From contig MU005961.1 in the NCBI GenBank assembly GCA_010093745.1, forward strand, positions 372,001 through 436,000: DNA of 64,000 bases, written 5' to 3'. This DNA is from Piedraia hortae CBS 480.64. Taxonomy: Eukaryota. The first letter of the stretch is position 1, and each line of letters begins with the position of its first letter. Shown here piece after piece: positions 44,750 to 56,780 of the stretch. The notes beneath the pieces were generated by a model that worked only from the letters and a program-made list of their open reading frames with translations, searched no databases and was not told where the DNA came from. Both the position numbers and the translations under genes were made by a program.

Positions 44750-46084
44750 ATGGGCCTCTTTTCCGATATATTCACATCAATGTGGAACCGCATCCTCGAC
44801 AACAAAGGCAAAATCACCTCGACGGGCGGTTTCCTCCTCGGCGTGCTCCTAACTCTCGCCTTCAAAGACCTCTACCCCGACCTCGAACATTCCTTTCGCA
44901 AACGACTCAACTACCACCAACATATCGACTCCACCCTCCTCAGCCCCGCTCGAGGCGTTCAACTCGAAGACCATGAAAACGACTCCCAGCCCCCCGACGA
45001 AGTCAGTCCCCCCTCCCACGGTATCGAAGACCTAATAGGCAACACACCCCTAATCAAACTACCCTCTCTCTCCTCCGCAACGGGATGCGAAATCTTTGCA
45101 AAATGCGAACACCTCAACGGCGCTGGCAACTCCCCCAAGGACCGCGTCGCATTATCCATGCTCGTCCACGCTGAAGAATCCGGCCTCATAGCCCCCAACC
45201 GAGGCGATACAATCTACGAAGGCACCGTCGGCTCAACGGGCATCTCTCTCGCCGCAGTCTGCCGATCACGAGGCTACAAAGCCTACATCTGCATGCCCAA
45301 CGACCAGTCGTTAGAAAAATCAGACCTCTTACTGAAACTCGGCGCTGCCGTCGAACGAGTGAAACCCGCTTCGATTGTAGACCAAGAGCAGTTTGTGAAT
45401 CTCGCGAGACGGAGGGCAGAGGAGCATACATCCGATCCTGAGAAGCCAGGGAGGGGGTTCTTTGCAGATCAGTTCGAGAACCCAGCGAATTATCTCGCCC
45501 ATCAGCGGACCACGGGGCCGGAGATTTTCAAGCAGATGGGTGGCAGGCTCGATGCGTTTGTCGCGGGGGCAGGGACAGGGGGGACAATTTCGGGGTGTGC
45601 GCTCGCGTTGAAGCCTGTGCTGCCGGGTTTGAGGGTTGTACTGGCTGATCCGCAGGGGAGCGGATTGTATAATAAGGTTAAGTATGGAGTTATGTTTTCG
45701 AATACGGAGGCCGAAGGGACGAGGAGGAGACATCAGGTTGATAGTGTTGTTGAGGGCATTGGGGTTAATCGTTTGACGAAAAATTTTAAGGTGGGGATGC
45801 ACTTGATTGATGATGCGGTTAAGGTTACGGATCAGCAGGCTATGATGATGGCGAGGTGGCTGGTGGAGAAGGAGGGTTTGTTTGTGGGTGCGAGCAGTGC
45901 GGTTAATTGTGTTGCTGCTGCAAGGATTGCGAGAGAGATGGGAAGGGGAGGGAAGAAGGCTCGTATTGTGACTGTATTGTGTGATAGTGGGACGAGACAT
46001 TTGAGTAAATTTTGGATGGAGGTGGGGGATATTGGTGGGGAAGGGGATGGGTTGGAGTTGGATGATATACTCGGCAGGGAGTAG
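44750..46084 (+). CDS. Cysteine synthase-family PLP enzyme with N-terminal membrane anchor
   Basis: Motifs IGNTPLI, NSPKDRVA (PLP lysine), GTVGSTG, DQFEN, GAGTGGT, VEGIG, VLCDSG. Confidence 0.92.
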   Translation: MGLFSDIFTSMWNRILDNKGKITSTGGFLLGVLLTLAFKDLYPDLEHSFRKRLNYHQHIDSTLLSPARGVQLEDHENDSQPPDEVSPPSHGIEDLIGNTPLIKLPSLSSATGCEIFAKCEHLNGAGNSPKDRVALSMLVHAEESGLIAPNRGDTIYEGTVGSTGISLAAVCRSRGYKAYICMPNDQSLEKSDLLLKLGAAVERVKPASIVDQEQFVNLARRRAEEHTSDPEKPGRGFFADQFENPANYLAHQRTTGPEIFKQMGGRLDAFVAGAGTGGTISGCALALKPVLPGLRVVLADPQGSGLYNKVKYGVMFSNTEAEGTRRRHQVDSVVEGIGVNRLTKNFKVGMHLIDDAVKVTDQQAMMMARWLVEKEGLFVGASSAVNCVAAARIAREMGRGGKKARIVTVLCDSGTRHLSKFWMEVGDIGGEGDGLELDDILGRE

Positions 46085-46247
46085 GATATACCTAATAACT
46101 AATCAACCATCTACCTAACGTTACCTAACAACTGATCGACTGCTCAATTCCAGGTTGGTGGGCTGCCAAGACGGATCAGCTGCTGCAATCCCAACCCTAA
46201 CGCTGCCTCAACCCTATTTTGACACCACCTCGACTTTCATCACCAGC

Positions 46248-46271
46248 GCCGCCGCCGCCGCCGCCGCCGCC
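46248..46271. repeat. (GCC)n trinucleotide run in the 5' UTR of SF3B1
   Basis: About eight GCC units followed by GTC units just before ACCATG. Confidence 0.8.
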
Positions 46272-46283
46272 GTCGTCGTCACC

Positions 46284-49200
46284 ATGTCCGACGCCGACTT
46301 TGAGATGGTCCGCCAAGCGCAGGCGCAGCGCAACGCGAATAAAAAAGGAGGAACGCTGCAAAAACTTTCGTCGCAGCGTCGCAGCGCTAATAACAACACC
46401 AGGACTTCGCTGACCGAAGCCTACGACAAGGACCTCTACGGCGAGGAGTCGCGCGACGTATACGTGCAGTCCATTGCAGTCAATGACGAAGATGACGAGG
46501 ACGAGGACGCAGACGACGGCCGCCTGGTGGCGCAGTACACGGGCACGGATGAGCAGCTCCGGGAGCACGCGCAGGGCGACATGGAAGAGATGGACTTGAT
46601 GCAGTCTCGCGAACAACAGGCACAGATTGCGAGTAGAGAAACAGACTACCAGAGGCAGAAGACGAAGAGGTTTGATGAGATCCAGGGCGATATTGGGCAG
46701 CAGGAGAAGTCGTACCGCGAGCGTATGGAAGAGAATGAGCTTGCAAAGGAGGAGGCTAGGGTCAGGAGGATGATTGAGCAGAAACAGCATAATGAACTTG
46801 CTCAGATGGACGATCAGATCCAACATGAGGCTGTACTCAGCAGTAAGGATGTTGTCATGGAGGACGAGAATGGGAAGACGGAGGATGAAAAGACAGAAGA
46901 GGCGAAGCCGCGCAGGAAGAGGCGATGGGATGTTTCGACCGAAACGCCCGAGACGAATGGAACGCCGGCCAAGAAATCCCGATGGGATGCGGCTCCAGGA
47001 CCGGCTGAAGCGCCAAAGCCGACAACCCGCGTCTCTCGATGGGACAAGGCGCCAACCGCCAGCGCCGCACAGGGAGGGGCAGCCCCGCAGCCCATGGTGA
47101 TGCTTGGCGTAGGTGGGTTCAGCCGCAACGGACCAATATCTGACGAAGAACTGGACGAAATGCTACCGGGCGCCGATGAGGGATACCAGATTCTTACTCC
47201 CCCGCCGGGCTACGGTCCAACTTTTGCCCCTACTCACAGACTCGTTCCTGCCGGCGGCTTCATGATGCAGCAGTCTGTCGACCCTCGCGCCTTTGGCCAA
47301 CAGCTGCCATCTGACATACCCGGCGTGGGCGAATTGCAGTTCTTCAAGCAGGAAGATATGAATTACTTTGGGAAACTAATCGACGGCGCAGATGAGAGCG
47401 AACTCAGCCTGGACGAACTAAAGCAGCGTAAGATTATGCGGCTTTTGCTAAAGGTCAAGAACGGCACTCCGCCGATGCGCAAGACGGCGCTCCGTCAGCT
47501 AACAGACAATGCGCGGCAGTTTGGGGCTGGGCCTCTATTCGACCAGATCCTGCCACTGCTGATGGAGAAGAAGCTGGAGGATCAAGAGCGGCATTTGCTC
47601 GTAAAGGTCATTGATCGTGTCCTATACAAATTAGATGACCTTGTAAGGCCGTACGTGCACAAGATCCTGGTCGTCATCGAGCCTTTGCTCATTGATCAAG
47701 ACTATTACGCACGTGTCGAGGGCCGCGAGATCATTTCGAATTTGGCAAAGGCAGCCGGACTCGCCAAGATGATCAGCACGATGCGACCTGATATTGACCA
47801 TGGAGACGAGTATGTGCGAAACACCACTGCCCGTGCCTTTGCCGTCGTAGCAAGTGCCCTCGGCATTCCGACTCTTCTCCCCTTCCTCAAAGCCGTGTGT
47901 AAGAGCAGAAAGTCGGCGGAAGCAAGACATACGGGTGTGAAGATCGTACAGCAAATTCCGATCCTGATGGGGTGTGCTATACTGCCTCATCTAAAAGGCC
48001 TGGTCGACTGCATCGGTGACAACCTGAATGATGAACAAGTCAAGGTTCGGACCGTGACTTCTCTTGCCCTGGCAGCACTTGCCGAGGCCTCTGCACCGTA
48101 TGGCATCGAGTCGTTTGATGAGATCCTGAATCCCCTGTGGACAGGTGCACGGAAGCAGAGAGGTAAGGGACTCGCTGGGTACCTCAAGGCGGTTGGGTAC
48201 ATTATTCCGCTCATGGATGAGGAGTATTCGAGTTACTACACAGGACAGATCATGGAGGTCTTGCTGCGAGAGTTTTCCTCGCCTGACGAGGAGATGAAGA
48301 AGGTTGTGTTGAAGGTTGTCTCGCAGTGTGCTGGCGTCAGCGGTGTAACTCCAGCTTACCTCCGAGACCACGTTCTTCAGGAGTTCTTTCGAAGTTTCTG
48401 GGTTCGACGGATGGCTGTTGATAAACGCAGCTACCGCTCCGTCGTCGAAACAACCGTGGATCTCGGCAACAAAGTCGGCTGCGGCGAGATTGTGGAGCGC
48501 ATCGTTGGCAACCTCAAAGATGAGAGCGAACACTACCGCAAGATGACAGTGGAGACGATTGAAAAGTTGGTATCTGCCCTCGGGGCGGCAGATATCAACG
48601 AGCGTCTAGAGGAGCGACTGGTCGACGGCATCCTCCACGCCTTCCAAGAACAAAGCGTGGAAGACTTGATACTCCTCAACGGCTTCGGCACCGTCGTCAA
48701 CGCGCTCGGCACCCGCTGCAAGCCCTACCTCCCGCAGATAGTCTCCACCATCCTCTGGCGCCTAAACAACAAAAGCCCCACGGTGCGCCAACAAGCCGCC
48801 GACCTCGTAAGCCGCATCGCGGTGGTAATGAAGCAATGCGGCGAAGACAACCTCATGGGCAAACTCGGCACAGTCCTCTACGAATATCTCGGCGAAGAGT
48901 ACCCCGAAGTCTTGGGCTCCATCTTGGGAGCCCTCCGCTCCATCGTAACCGTAGTCGGGATAAGCAGCATGCAACCCCCCATCAAAGACCTCCTACCCCG
49001 ACTAACCCCCATCCTCCGAAACCGCCACGAGAAAGTCCAAGAAAACACCATCGACCTCGTCGGCCGCATCGCCGACCGCGGGCCCGAAAGCGTAAACGCA
49101 CGCGAATGGATGCGAATCTGCTTCGAACTCCTCGACATGCTCAAAGCGCATAAAAAAGGCATCCGTCGCGCCGCGAACAACACATTTGGCTTCATCGCCA

Positions 49201-49844
49201 AAGCCATAGGACCCCGCGACGTCCTCGCAACGCTACTCAATAACCTTCGCGTCCAGGAACGCCAATCAAGAGTCTGCACGGCAGTAGCAATCGGAATCGT
49301 AGCCGAGACGTGTGCTCCATTCACCGTCCTCCCAGCTCTAATGAACGAATATCGTGTCCCGGAGCTGAACGTCCAAAACGGCGTCCTAAAATCACTGAGC
49401 TTTTTATTCGAATATATCGGTGACATGGCGAAAGATTATGTCTACGCCGTCACGCCCCTGATTGAGGATGCGTTGATCGACCGCGACCAAGTTCATCGCC
49501 AAACCGCCGCGTCGGTGGTGAAACACATCGCTTTAGGGGTTATGGGATTGGGGTGTGAGGATGCGATGCTGCATCTTTTGAATCTTCTAGTGCCGAATCT
49601 TTTTGAGACGTCACCGCATGTGATTGATCGGATTGTGGAGGCGATTGATGCGTTGAGACTTGCGGTTGGAACGGGGCCGGTTATGAATTATGTATGGGCG
49701 GGACTTTTTCATCCGGCCAGGAAGGTGCGCACGCCGTACTGGAGGCTGTACAACGATGCGTATGTGATGAGTGCGGACGCGTTGGTGCCGAATTATCCGG
49801 CGTGTGGAGAGGGAGAGAGGGGGGAATTGATGGTTGTGATTTGA
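46284..49844 (+). CDS. HSH155: U2 snRNP subunit SF3B1/Hsh155/Prp10, intronless
   Basis: RWD (ULM) motifs, [49 protein letters not shown] repeats. Confidence 0.97.
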   Translation: MSDADFEMVRQAQAQRNANKKGGTLQKLSSQRRSANNNTRTSLTEAYDKDLYGEESRDVYVQSIAVNDEDDEDEDADDGRLVAQYTGTDEQLREHAQGDMEEMDLMQSREQQAQIASRETDYQRQKTKRFDEIQGDIGQQEKSYRERMEENELAKEEARVRRMIEQKQHNELAQMDDQIQHEAVLSSKDVVMEDENGKTEDEKTEEAKPRRKRRWDVSTETPETNGTPAKKSRWDAAPGPAEAPKPTTRVSRWDKAPTASAAQGGAAPQPMVMLGVGGFSRNGPISDEELDEMLPGADEGYQILTPPPGYGPTFAPTHRLVPAGGFMMQQSVDPRAFGQQLPSDIPGVGELQFFKQEDMNYFGKLIDGADESELSLDELKQRKIMRLLLKVKNGTPPMRKTALRQLTDNARQFGAGPLFDQILPLLMEKKLEDQERHLLVKVIDRVLYKLDDLVRPYVHKILVVIEPLLIDQDYYARVEGREIISNLAKAAGLAKMISTMRPDIDHGDEYVRNTTARAFAVVASALGIPTLLPFLKAVCKSRKSAEARHTGVKIVQQIPILMGCAILPHLKGLVDCIGDNLNDEQVKVRTVTSLALAALAEASAPYGIESFDEILNPLWTGARKQRGKGLAGYLKAVGYIIPLMDEEYSSYYTGQIMEVLLREFSSPDEEMKKVVLKVVSQCAGVSGVTPAYLRDHVLQEFFRSFWVRRMAVDKRSYRSVVETTVDLGNKVGCGEIVERIVGNLKDESEHYRKMTVETIEKLVSALGAADINERLEERLVDGILHAFQEQSVEDLILLNGFGTVVNALGTRCKPYLPQIVSTILWRLNNKSPTVRQQAADLVSRIAVVMKQCGEDNLMGKLGTVLYEYLGEEYPEVLGSILGALRSIVTVVGISSMQPPIKDLLPRLTPILRNRHEKVQENTIDLVGRIADRGPESVNAREWMRICFELLDMLKAHKKGIRRAANNTFGFIAKAIGPRDVLATLLNNLRVQERQSRVCTAVAIGIVAETCAPFTVLPALMNEYRVPELNVQNGVLKSLSFLFEYIGDMAKDYVYAVTPLIEDALIDRDQVHRQTAASVVKHIALGVMGLGCEDAMLHLLNLLVPNLFETSPHVIDRIVEAIDALRLAVGTGPVMNYVWAGLFHPARKVRTPYWRLYNDAYVMSADALVPNYPACGEGERGELMVVI

Positions 49845-50601
49845 TATGGGGGGGGAGAGGGATGTTGGGGTGAGATGCTTCGCGGTTTGGTGCTAGATGG
49901 GATGAATAGATGTATAAGAGATGTGTAATATGGAAGTACAAATGATTGCTTTGTCTCTGTAGAATCACTAATTGTATACTAAATGAAAAAAGGAGGACAG
50001 CCCTACTTTTGCGTGTTCGTCAAGTCGCTTCTTTGTTTGTTTTCGACTTTACGTCTATGGATGGGTCATAGCTCCTAATGAGCTTATGCCCAGGCCCTAG
50101 TGGGCGCAGGGTTGCACCCCGCGCAAGCCCAATACCCCCACGCGGAGCCGACTCCTTCACTCCCCATCCTCTCCTTCGGTACCCTCCAGCCGCACCTCTT
50201 CCACGTCAATTCTTCAACCACTTGGGCCATCTTTGTTTCCGGTCGACTGCCTGGGACAGATGTCTTCGTAGAACCTGGATTGTGCCGTATACTTGGCGAA
50301 CAGTTCAGCCCCGGCCTGTGCCTAGGACCCGATCCAATGCGGTGCCTGGCGAGCCATTGCACAGCACGTTGCTGGCAGCTGTGCCTTTCTGGCAGAAATA
50401 AAGGTGTACTGAGATCGTGAGGCTCCCGCAAGAGCAGCTGGAGAGCGAAATTCAAGAAATGGCAGCATTCATAAAAGACCTGAAGGAACGGGTGGATGGA
50501 TTGGAAAAGTCGCTGAATAACTCAGTGGAAACTAGTTGAAGATTGTTTGTTCAAAATCTGATGTAATTAGTCCATATCATGGTCAGTTTAGTTGTAGTTG
50601 A

Positions 50602-50787
50602 TCTTACGGCGAGGCTGTGTGTGCGCGGGACGACCTGCGCCGCCTAAGCGCACAGGGAATTTGATACACCGACGCGCCCTGCTAGTTATTCATAGCTACG
50701 CTCGCTACCACACGCGAATGGACGGGGCATCTGGATTGGTTTATAGTATCTTAGCTTCCCAGTAGATAGCAGTTTGGATTGTCCTCG
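50602..50787 (-). mobile_element. Truncated family C LTR-like repeat
   Basis: Direct repeat of 36249-36436. Confidence 0.65.
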
Positions 50788-50799
50788 AGCACGCGAATT

Positions 50800-51715
50800 C
50801 GAAGGCCGAGTTACGCACAACACTGTTTGGGATGTACCTGCACAAGGCGGGGGGAGACGAAAGAAGAAGAGAAGACGGAATGGGAACGCAAAGCGAAGCA
50901 GCTCATCGCAGAGAAGGACGTTCCAATTGACACTTCCAGTGTGCTGCTTTTACCAGATCTGGAGAAGTTTAGGGAGGGAACAATTCTCGTCAGTGAAAGA
51001 TTCGGGTTCAAGTACGATGTCTTTCGGTCTTATACCGCTGCGAGGGATACGAAGGGGACTATTAAAACGCTGCACAAGTACGACTCTGAAGAGCCACAGC
51101 TATATGCCGCCGCGCTCGCGTACTTTACCAGTTCAACCGAGATACTGAAAGAAGCAGGCGACGAGGTTGAGAAAGTTCTGAAGAAGATTGACGAGGATGG
51201 ACTCATGGCATCTCTGCAGGTTATTCAGACGCTTAGCGTAACCCACGTGGCCACCATGGGGCTTGTTAAACGCTATCTAAGCACCGTTGTACAGCGCGAG
51301 CAGGATGAAATCGCGAACAATCGTCGGCTTATCGATATTTATCGTAAAGACACAACGACCAAATTGGGCGAGATTGAAGAGCTCTCAACGACGCCAGTGT
51401 CGTTTAGTGCAACCCGCTGTTCAACCTGCGATATGACGCTTGATTTGCCTATTGTGCACTTTCTATGCAAACCTAGCCACCATCAAAGATGTCTCAAGGT
51501 TGCGGATGGACAGGATGTGTAGGAACTTGAGTGTCCGATTTGCGCGCCCAAGAACGCTACTGTGCGTCAGGTGAAGAAGGCTCAAGAGGAAAGCGCAAGT
51601 AGACATGGCCTGTTTTGGGATGATTTGCAGAAGAGTAAGGATCTATTTGCGACGGTTAGTGAGTGGTTTAGGGGGGGAGGGGATGGGGGGGGTTATTGGT
51701 GAAAGGGTGGAGTAA
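50800..51715 (+). pseudogene. PEP5: 5'-truncated VPS11/PEP5 fragment (C-terminal helical region and RING)
   Basis: TTLFGMYLHKA, frameshift near 50850, PIDTSSVLLL, EPQLYAAALAYF, LQVIQTLS, RCSTCDMTLDLPIVHFLCKPSHHQRC, TAG at 51520-51522, ECPICAP, FATVSEWF. Confidence 0.88.
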
Positions 51716-51829
51716 TTTCCATAGTTTAATGATTCAACTACGTCAATAGTTTAGTGGTTGCTGTTAGCCATGTGAATAGTTTATGGTTGTTGTCAAATTT
51801 TATGCCACGTCAAGGTACTGCGCTCTGAT

Positions 51830-52200
51830 TGACCAAGCTCAAACTTTACCCCACCTGTCAACCAATCTCCCGCTATGTCTCTTTAACGTCTAATGGCCGA
51901 ACATGCGTGCCAAACTCCCGAGACGCCACCGCCTGTCCAAGTCCGATGTTGCACGGGAAATCTCGCCCATGCGATCTTGCAGGTAGCGAGCAGCCGCCTC
52001 TGTCCAGCCAGGCACGACCGCAAATCCGGACGGGACGACTTGGACGTGTTGGATTGTGCTCGGGTTGCAACCCAGCTTGAACACTATCAGGTCCTTAATG
52101 GCCGGGCTCGTCATGTCGCCTGCAAGCCTCAGGACAGAAGCGGCTGGAGCGCACATCCACTAGCCTCCTCACTAGCCTCCCCATAAACTCGGGTAAATCT
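51830..52200 (-). mobile_element. Possible non-LTR retrotransposon (Tad1-like) ORF1 relic
   Basis: APAASVLRLAG...IKDLIVFKLGCNPSTIQHVQVVPSGFAVVP resembles fungal LINE ORF1 proteins; frames are broken. Confidence 0.4.
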
Positions 52201-53329
52201 CATCTCTGATTGGCTGATTAAGACGGACGCTAACGGATGTGCAGATATTGCCTTGACAAACCGGTTAGTGCCGCTGTGGGGCTCTTTGCCTGGCCAATGA
52301 CTGTCGTCCCGGGTTGGCTGGATGAAAGCGGACGCTAGTGAATGTGCAAAAACCATCTTGGCAAATTCCATCGGTGACATTGCGGGGTTTTTTGCCTGTA
52401 CAGAGTGGGCGATGTACATGTGGGGTGCATCCAGACTGGGGGGGTAGAATTTGCGCGATCAATCACATGTGAGAAAATTGACATGGAGAGGACTAGACGG
52501 TTGGGTTGGTGATTTGACTCTGCGCTCAGTGATCCTGCTTGTGGCTCGCGGCCTGAGTTTCAAAATTGCATCTCCGACGAGAGCGATGCAACAAAAGACG
52601 GGGAAACTCCGTGAAAATCAATCATCCGGATAGGGAACGAAGCTGGATGACGAGGGTAGATATGACATGACATGTCCCAACAGCCATGACTCTGCAGCTC
52701 CACACCAAGCCCCTGGATGCATGAAAAGTCTGCAACGTCCTAATTCCAGAGTTTGAGTTCTACAACCTCGCTCTCGCTCTTCATACACCTGCAATTTTCA
52801 CGCGGGTGTCCTTGAATGAGACACAATGGGAGCTGAGTGGTGCTATTGAAACTGGTTCAATGAGACGTCGTGGCGAGGATTGGGTCCGCTGAGCCTGGGC
52901 TCGAGGACTGGAGCCGGAGCAATTGACGATTTAGAAATTGTCTTAAAGAGCGATAGTGCAATACTTCGCGGTGAGGCGCTGCTTTAAACTCGTCGCGAAG
53001 TATTGAATGGCTCGGGAGGCGAACGGAGGCTAGAAAGCTACACGGGTAAAATCCTTGCTACATCTGACTGACGGACTTGTAGGCTCTCAAGACATTTATT
53101 GAAGCCAATCCCACTTCGTATCTCGACGAGATGTTTCGTTTGTCATTGTGCCTTGAGAAACTCGACCTTCCGAGTAGCTTTCACCTTTCTACCTCATGAA
53201 AACAGGGATAAAGCTGGAGGAAGAGCAGATTTCGCTTCGAAGTTGCAAGTCAATGCAGACTGGATTTAAACTCACCTGTCGAAGATTGCCTATTGCTACC
53301 CCCTCCTCCGTGATAACGCACCGGCACAG

Positions 53330-54190
53330 ATGCAACGTTACTGCCAAGCTGAGCCGCTGGGGAATGAGCCACATATGTCTTGCAAGATCCGACGCTGACC
53401 TCACGACTGTCAGCCGCTGAAGAATTTGAGGAAATGCGATTCACCCTACGCACTGAACCCTGATGCACATGCATCTGACTGGATGGCGGAAATTTAAAAC
53501 GCAGGAAAAGCGAAGAGCTGGGGCAGAACTCTTGCGACCACCAAATCGATGATCCTGGGCCCGAAAACGTTAGTCCCGTTCTGTGCAGGGACTTAAACAC
53601 TCCATAGATGCCAATTCCACCTCGTAAATCGACGATATGGGGTCTCTCCTCTGGTACCGCTTCAGTGTGGTGGTCTCGAGAAGAAACGGGCAGCGCAACA
53701 GAACCGAGCCCCGCGCATACTATGGAATGCGAAGCGTCTTCACCGGAAATAACGGTCTTCTTGGACGAAAGCGTGTAAGCTCCTCGGCGACTGCAAGCGA
53801 GGATGGAGCAAGAAGGGTTATCCCTGCACCGATGTGCAGAAGTTTGCTCGCAAAAATCGGTGGAGTGTCCTTCCCGCGCTCACTGCGAGCGACTACCTCA
53901 ATGATGCGTTGATTATGCGGGAAAGGGTCACGAAGGAGGCTTTTGAGGAGTAGTTTGAGGGCAAACTCCTGCCTCAGCTCCGCCGGGGACATATAATCGT
54001 CCTGGATAACGCATCAATCTATCGGGGTAGCGTTATTATTATCCTCTTCTCCTCGAGTATCTGCTACCATGCACACCCAACCTTCACCCAACCAAGCAGT
54101 CCTTCAATGTTTCAAAACGCTGGTTAAAGAGGAACATCGGCAAGGCCAAACCGTTCGCCGATTTTGGGTTGTTCTTGGTGCACCTCTTGT
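53330..54190 (+). mobile_element. Tc1/mariner-IS630 (DDE_3) transposase relic
   Basis: Ordered motifs IDDMGSLLW, VFLDES, RGWSKKG, RWSVLPA, FEE*FEGKLLPQL, IIVLDNASI, EYLLPCTPNLHP, KRWLKR; a second N-terminal fragment (FIEANPTSYLDEM) lies at ~53080-53140. Confidence 0.85.
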
Positions 54191-55889
54191 TGCTGATACT
54201 CACGCTTTATTTTTCATTCGTGATCGTTCATGAGCAAAATGGAACCCCCTGCTCGCACTCCTCCCAGCACTCCTACGAGAGATACTCAAAGTGCAATTCA
54301 GTACCGGCCCGGTTTGGGATTGTTTTGTCCTGATGGCCACGGTTGTCCATGATCCTCAGATAGGCGAGGAGACAACCTTGTTGTGTGTATTTGGAGTACA
54401 AATTTAAAAACAAACACGCTCTGCGACAAAAAATGGGGCCCAAACACTCTCAAAAGTGCTTTGAGTTATACACCATTTTATAACTGACACTTAACATTCC
54501 ACAAGTAGTATGATGAATGAAACGGTGCAGGTATCGTCTGCAGTCTTGAAATCATCGATAATCGGGCTCAACTTTTGAAACAGTGTTTGGATGATGTTTA
54601 GGTATCACACTGTTGAGATCTAGGTACACGCTGACGTACCATGGAGCAATCGACGAATGCCAAACAAATGTCGAAATTTCAGGTAAAAATAGGTTGGTGT
54701 AACGTGCCATACCCTCCTCAAATATCTTCGCTTACCCACCAGTAGCGTTGAGCTTATCTTCGCAGCCTGAGTAATTCTCCGGTGACTGGCAGCTGCATAT
54801 AGATACAAGGTGAGCATTGAAGTTTCACCCAACATGAGCGTAAGCCTGCCACTTATACAGCTATGAATCTAGAGGAACTGGGCACTCATACAATCAGTGG
54901 AACACGTGATATTCGAGAATCAAGGCTGATTATTGTTCTGGAAACATATATACGACACTAATTGTGTCGCACTGTTCCGACTGGTTATACATTATATCCT
55001 TGGCCTCGTAAATTTAGCTTGACAAGAGTCTGCCTGCGTGTTGGAAAGTCAAGCTTGGCGCGCAGAATTCTTGGCACTCTCAAAAGCCCAAAATTTGCGA
55101 CTTCTCAATCACTCATCTCTCTGACAATAACTTTTCAGCCAACAAATTCTCTAAAAGCAACTCATCAATATCTCACTTATCATCACATAACCCCCATCAC
55201 GTTATCTCACTCCCATAGCGCAAAACCCTACTTCCACTACCGAGCACCGTTCCGGCCAAACCCCGATCCCTCGCCTTGAGAGTCACCCCAAGCCTCCAAT
55301 GTCCTCACAGCACTCATCACTGTCCCCCTGAACCTCTGACAATTCAATCTATCCCAACTTATCATCCAAACCCCAGACCTCGAGCGCACAAAACACCCCA
55401 TGACCCTCGCAGGCAAACTCTACGCCCTCCATCGAATCTACCACCTTCAAACCCAAATAACCTGACGACCCTTCGTCACCACCTCTCATCTCGACATCGC
55501 CGAACTGATCAGCGAGTTTTTCGCGCACTTCTACGAAGAAGATACAGAAACCCTCCAAATCCCCGTCGGGCGCTTTCCTCAAACGGTCGAATAATTACCC
55601 GGAGATAAGCCCGCATCCTACTCTGCGAGAGACAGATGTTAATGTTCTATTACTTGGCGAATTTTCATCCATCATCCTATCTATTCGTCGGGACTGGGCC
55701 CAAAATCAAGGGCTAAAACATGATTGGTGCGATCAAGGAGGATTTAGCCCGACCTCAGCAAGGAGTGGTGACATTTATACCCGAGCGTCCGGCAAAACGA
55801 CTTTTTACCGAAGACATTGTAATGAGACAGGTCGATAACTCTGAAACTTCCATTCTCAGTGGTCACAAGCTGCCGAGCAATCTTTAGTG

Positions 55890-56780
55890 TCGAGTGTGTT
55901 TGAGTGATCGGTCATTGATAGCGAGGTGGCGCGATTTGATCACCTTTGGTACCTTACGTGTTTCGAGCGTGACCAGAGCTTGGGACCAGGACAGTAGTCC
56001 ACAAGGCAAGGCCAAAGCGGACAAGGCAGTAATCAAGCTGCCCTTGACCCCGATGTACAAGATCCATGGCTTTGGCCCTCACAAGAATTTTCCCTACGAG
56101 GATTGGCACTGCAGTCTCCTTGGGTATGTTGAAATTCTTCGAAACCAGACTTTCAACAACTAGGCGGTCACATCAGATCTGGAGGAGTTGGCAGTGCGGG
56201 CGGTTGCCATCAATCGCGATGGCATTCATAGCATGAACACCGCTCAGTGGTTCACGGACTGAAAGAAGACTTTGCTGGGCGGTGACTTTCGGACGCACAT
56301 AGAGGCTCTCCTGTTGGTCCTTGTCTCCTTCTACGCCTCGAAAGGGCGCCTTTCGGAGGTCCGACAACTTCTGCATCTGTGGTGTACTGCGGCGAGGCTA
56401 ACGAAACTTCACTGGGCCACCCACATCGAAAATCTCGGCTCGTGGTCTAATGTTGTCGAAATGTGCTCTAAGGACATGATAAGGACCTGGGCTGAGCTCT
56501 GTGGGCTGAGCGAGATCCAGGGAAAAACCAAACTTCACATGTCGTGTCATGTGGCTCTGTCTGCTAGGAGGTTCGGGCCGCCATTGAGTGCCATTATTGA
56601 GACACAGGAGTGTGATGATAAAAACTGGCACGAAAATGCTGGTCACACTAATTGTCACACCCTTCCACTGCAAACCGCGCGAAAGTACGCCATCACAGCC
56701 GGGCATGTTCACATTGCTCCCGGAAGTTAGTGGTGTGTTGACAAACACTTTCCAGGAGCTTTATGGCCTCACTTGGCAGG
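55890..56780 (+). mobile_element. CACTA/EnSpm-related transposase-like relic
   Basis: GFGPHKNFPYEDWHCSLLGYV, LLGGDFR and KTKLHMSCHVALSARRFGP...ETQE resemble the recalled GFDPH.D.P.E.LH..LLG and KPK.H...H....RRFGP....TE..E motifs of fungal DNA transposon proteins. Confidence 0.55.

Noticed and set aside
46155..46283. Poly-Ala N-terminal extension of SF3B1
   Set aside because: Starts at a TTG; the conserved-looking start is ACCATG at 46284 and the GCC run is best read as 5' UTR.
49140..49190. SF3B1 Asn at the human V1078-equivalent position ([10 protein letters not shown])
   Set aside because: This is the usual fungal state.
53195..53345. Possible Gag fragment (FASKLQVNADW..SKIAY)
   Set aside because: Too short and broken to support as a feature.
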